DNA of 64,000 nt from Bacteriovoracaceae bacterium (lineage in GTDB: Bacteria; Bdellovibrionota; Bacteriovoracia; Bacteriovoracales; Bacteriovoracaceae), in NCBI GenBank assembly GCA_018649885.1, contig JABIHA010000127.1, positions 1 to 64,000 of the forward strand, given 5' to 3'. Each line of letters begins with the position of its first letter. Position 1 is the stretch's first letter. Under the pieces are notes generated by a model. That model was not told the origin of the DNA and searched no databases. It saw only the letters and a program-made list of their open reading frames with translations. The position numbers were made by a program, and so were the translations under genes. Shown here piece after piece: positions 62,738-64,000 of the stretch.

Positions 62738-63307
62738 TTACTCAATTCCCAGGAGTTTTTTTATTTCTGAGTCTGGTTTAATTTCACCAACCCGGTATTC
62801 AAGCATCTTTTTTCTCAATTGGTTGGGGTAATAACTAAGATGTATAAGAGTGCCAAATATATCTGATATTTCCATAGAGGTAATAACAAAGCCCGCTTTT
62901 AGCTTGGCTATAATAATAGGATTATTGGTAGGAGTGTGACGACTAAAAATTTCTTGAAAACCAAGGTCTTCGATTCTCGTCATCATCTCTTTTAAGAGTT
63001 TAGAATATAATCCTTTTCTTCTGTGCTTTGGTAAAATTGCAGAGTTGCACATATAAAAACGAATATTTGATTCTTGATATCCCCAGCTCCATCCAACAAA
63101 CTCATCACCACGATAAATTCCTAGGTTAATTCTTATAGGTTCACCAAGGTTGGACTTAAGCGAATTGGATTTTGCGAGCTCTTCTTCTGATAATGCATTT
63201 CTCAAACTAAAAATTTGGGACTCATCCTCAAATATTCTTTTGCCATGAGGAACCCAAAGTTCACCAAACTCTCGAGTCGAAATTTCTCTGATTTGATATT
63301 CACTCAT
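62738..63307 (-). CDS. GNAT-family acetyltransferase
   Basis: HRRKGLY motif; N...I..KLKAGF. Confidence 0.85.
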   Translation of the reverse strand: MSEYQIREISTREFGELWVPHGKRIFEDESQIFSLRNALSEEELAKSNSLKSNLGEPIRINLGIYRGDEFVGWSWGYQESNIRFYMCNSAILPKHRRKGLYSKLLKEMMTRIEDLGFQEIFSRHTPTNNPIIIAKLKAGFVITSMEISDIFGTLIHLSYYPNQLRKKMLEYRVGEIKPDSEIKKLLGIE

Positions 63308-63310
63308 AAT

Positions 63311-63535
63311 CTACTCTTTTTTTGCTTTCTTTTCAGCCCGCTTTACATTTTCAAGAAGCTCTTTACATGCAGGTTCATCCATTTCAAAAAGAGGATGACT
63401 CTTTGGCAGGTCTTTACTTGATGAATGGGCCTCCATGGCACTTAACCTATTTTTAATAGTAATTCGCAATTTTCTTAACTCTTTTTGATTCCAACTAGCG
63501 AGATCTGAAATGTCTTTAAGAGATATGTTGGCCAT
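63311..63535 (-). CDS. Small hypothetical protein
   Basis: AAGGA RBS before MANIS; co-oriented with the GNAT gene. Confidence 0.7.
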   Translation of the reverse strand: MANISLKDISDLASWNQKELRKLRITIKNRLSAMEAHSSSKDLPKSHPLFEMDEPACKELLENVKRAEKKAKKE

Positions 63536-63704
63536 ATTAGTTCCTTTAATTTGTAAAAACAATGCACTGGATAAGTCGGATTCTAGTCAATTGAATAGAA
63601 GCAGGCAAGGGGAGTGGAAAGAATTTAAATTGATAATATGAGTAGGCCCAACCTTTTGTTTTTTAAGAGAAAACTCGCTATGTAGATTTAATATACCTGC
63701 TAAA

Positions 63705-64000
63705 ATGTATGAAAATGCTAAGCCGTACATGGATCGGGCCCTAAGTGGTGAAACTGTTCACTTTGAGATTGAGGCAAAAGACAAACTTTCCCTTAATCTG
63801 CAAGATGTTACCTACAGGGCTATCCCTTCAACAGGCGGAGCTGAGATCACAGTAGTAACTTTAAATCACTATATTAATAACACGCTAACTATTCTTCACA
63901 ATAAGATAATGCATGCTCAAAAAACAGCTGTTCTAGAAGCTGTACAAAATGATTTGAAGGCCATGGATCAATCCATGAGAAAGGTGGTCAGTATTTTACA
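63705..64000 (+). CDS. Partial PAS-like/HisKA-like ORF (runs off the window, possibly degenerate)
   Basis: MYENAKPYMDRALSGETVHFE...VVTLNHYINNTLTIL. Confidence 0.45.
   Translation, partial: MYENAKPYMDRALSGETVHFEIEAKDKLSLNLQDVTYRAIPSTGGAEITVVTLNHYINNTLTILHNKIMHAQKTAVLEAVQNDLKAMDQSMRKVVSIL

Noticed and set aside
61809..63307. Bona fide aminoglycoside resistance genes
   Set aside because: Only generic APH and GNAT fold motifs; no substrate evidence or mobile context

Overview
AT-rich bacterial chromosomal segment, probably from Bdellovibrionota (Bacteriovoracia-like). This is inferred from a TIGR02147/DUF4423 gene, the chemotaxis domain fusions and the many secreted Cys-rich orphans. It carries leuS, manA, ggt, MoxR/VWA, an M3 peptidase, two tRNAs (Arg-CCT, Pro-GGG) and a cheA-cheW-MCP-cheR-cheB operon with a frameshifted cheA. 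The most notable system is an arsenosugar-type cluster at 52.5-61 kb: ArsM, an atypical ArsS-like radical SAM, DUF547, a TVP38-flavoprotein fusion and three glycosyltransferases, built around an ECF sigma/ZAS anti-sigma pair. A fixed-spacing promoter-like motif, TGTMACW-N15-ACACTAA, occurs four times: before the arsM operon, before the GT-C gene, inside the sigma gene facing the anti-sigma, and before a distant peroxiredoxin-like gene. Other signals are a family of GGGCAA-core inverted-repeat elements linked to four-helix-bundle genes (three loci), a repeated CGGRAC-N5-GTYCCG operator candidate next to the TIGR02147 gene, and a NarK with an inserted soluble domain. All family calls are by eye from motifs; no searches were run.
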